Assembly: GCA_051530055.1 (NCBI GenBank)
Contig: CM121342.1
Span: 8,380,388 to 8,444,387, forward strand
Reading direction: 5' to 3'
DNA from: Neoechinorhynchus agilis
Lineage: Eukaryota > Animalia > Acanthocephala
Length of the DNA: 64,000 bases
The notes under the pieces were generated by a model, which was not told the origin of the DNA, did no database searches, and worked only from the letters and a program-made list of their open reading frames with translations. How positions within the stretch are numbered: the first letter of the stretch is position 1; each line of letters starts with the position of its first letter. Both the position numbers and the translations under genes were made by a program. Shown here piece by piece: positions 62,501 to 64,000 of this stretch.

Positions 62501-64000
62501 TCGCTTCAACCGCTTTCTATGTTGCATTGAAACAACTCAAATTTGACCTGACACATTTTGATATTGCTAATTAACAAAACGTTTGCAAAGCAGCCTTCTA
62601 AATTTCTAAAAATTCTTAATCTCAAGTTGAATTTACGGGGATAAAGACACGAAAGCAAGTACGCTGAACCTAACGGACAAAAAACGCGTTCAAATTTGGA
62701 AAACATGGGTCATCTCTGGCCTTACGTTTTTTAGTCGCTGTGAACCTCCGGAGCAACGTCTTATTTTTGGAAAGGTTCTGCTAAAAAATGCACTATTCCT
62801 CAAGCAGCCAGATATTGACTCCTTGAAACATAATCTATGCAGATGCATTTTCGAGGCCATCTGCCACTTTCCTGTTCGTACGAATGATCAAATAAAATTG
62901 TTATTATTATAAATGGTTCATGTGCGCGCAACCAGCTGTTGCGGTGGAGGATGGCATTGAGAATCCCTGTACCTTCTGGCATCCGGAGTAACTTTCTCAG
63001 TGATCAATATCCTAAGCATTTCGTCGAGGTGCCTTCTAAAAGATGGCTCAATACGATAACGATTCAAGCGAATCCTGGGCAACCCAAAGAAGAGCTACGT
63101 TGACGTTATCTAGCGCCGTGACTCAAATAATTAAAAGATGACTTTCATCGGGTATCGTCCATCAGCTTATACGGAGGAATATTAAAGATCATGTTCATTT
63201 CAACGGATCATATTGTTCATCGACGTGATTTCAAATTCTGGCAAAACGAGTTAGTGAACAAATAATGCCATTTCACGGATGTATGAGAAACACCGTTCTC
63301 CACTTTTTCTTTAATCGAAATGTCGTAGTTCCTTCTAAAGGCAATTTCATTGTAGCAATAGGTGATGCATCCACAAACTGCTTCACTTATTTTTCTTACC
63401 TTTCCGCTACATTTTTAACCAGGGCGCTACGAGTTACCCTAAATAGCAGACTGAATGTCGTAATCCTTTGGAACTTTTACTACTCAAAACGAAATCGTTT
63501 TAAAGAAGTAATGAAGTCACCTCTAATATGTTGTTTGTGATCTATTATCCATCGAGTCTTAGATTAGGGGGATGTCCTTTTTCGTCCGTTAAGAAGAAAT
63601 CATCATTTAACTGAAGAGGTTATAGTCCATCTTTTTCTTTCCAGATTCAGTAATGAAATCATAAGCATTATTAGCAGCTTCGCCGTGGATATCCCAAATG
63701 ACGGGCATATTGGCAAATTCGCTTCCCCTCAGAAGCGAAAAATACCTTGGACGCTCACACTACCTCACCGCTTACCATCCACCACCTCCTCAACCCCCAA
63801 TACCCTCTTTCCCCCCGAGTCCATTCCGCATTCACCCCTTACTACAGTGTCAACCCACGAATCTATTACCTCCGAACTACCCCATCGGTCAACTCCCATC
63901 CCTTCTCTCCGCGCGGCTTCAACCCTCTCCGTCAGTGTCCATCCCTCATCTCCCTTCTAAACATACCTTTCCAATAATCTTTTATTCTAACATCCGCAGG

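Noticed and set aside
61900-63990. Possible decayed non-LTR element and C-rich ORFs at the window end
   Set aside because: Only vague motif resemblance with many stops, and the terminal ORFs are low-complexity. Not supportable without a profile search.

Overview
AT-rich, compact eukaryotic window, almost certainly animal (SLC3A heavy chain, LAP/Erbin-type LRR gene). No CRISPR, rRNA or prokaryotic features are visible. Recognisable genes: a divergent gamma-tubulin complex subunit (GCP5-like), dolichol kinase, ALKBH4, acid ceramidase, SLC3A2-like, EXO1, TLCD4/TMEM56-like, an Erbin/Densin-like LRR protein, tRNA-Asp(GTC) and an unidentified membrane-protein gene. Roughly 17 kb is tandem repeat (units of about 128, 135, 150/172, 158, 228, 248 and 277 bp, plus a pure (ACC)n tract). 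There are also decayed gypsy gag and non-LTR RT remnants and two MITE-like foldbacks. Two observations stand out. (1) Several conserved genes are interrupted by sequences with no in-phase GT-AG solution that keeps conserved residues; the two ends of these inserts base-pair, often via G-U, and share no sequence with each other. This suggests structure-defined non-canonical introns or excised DNA elements. (2) A tRNA-like Pol III head is fused to a complete hammerhead ribozyme core whose three strands are in a non-circularly permuted order. All alignments and folds were done by eye and from memory of homologues; no searches were run.
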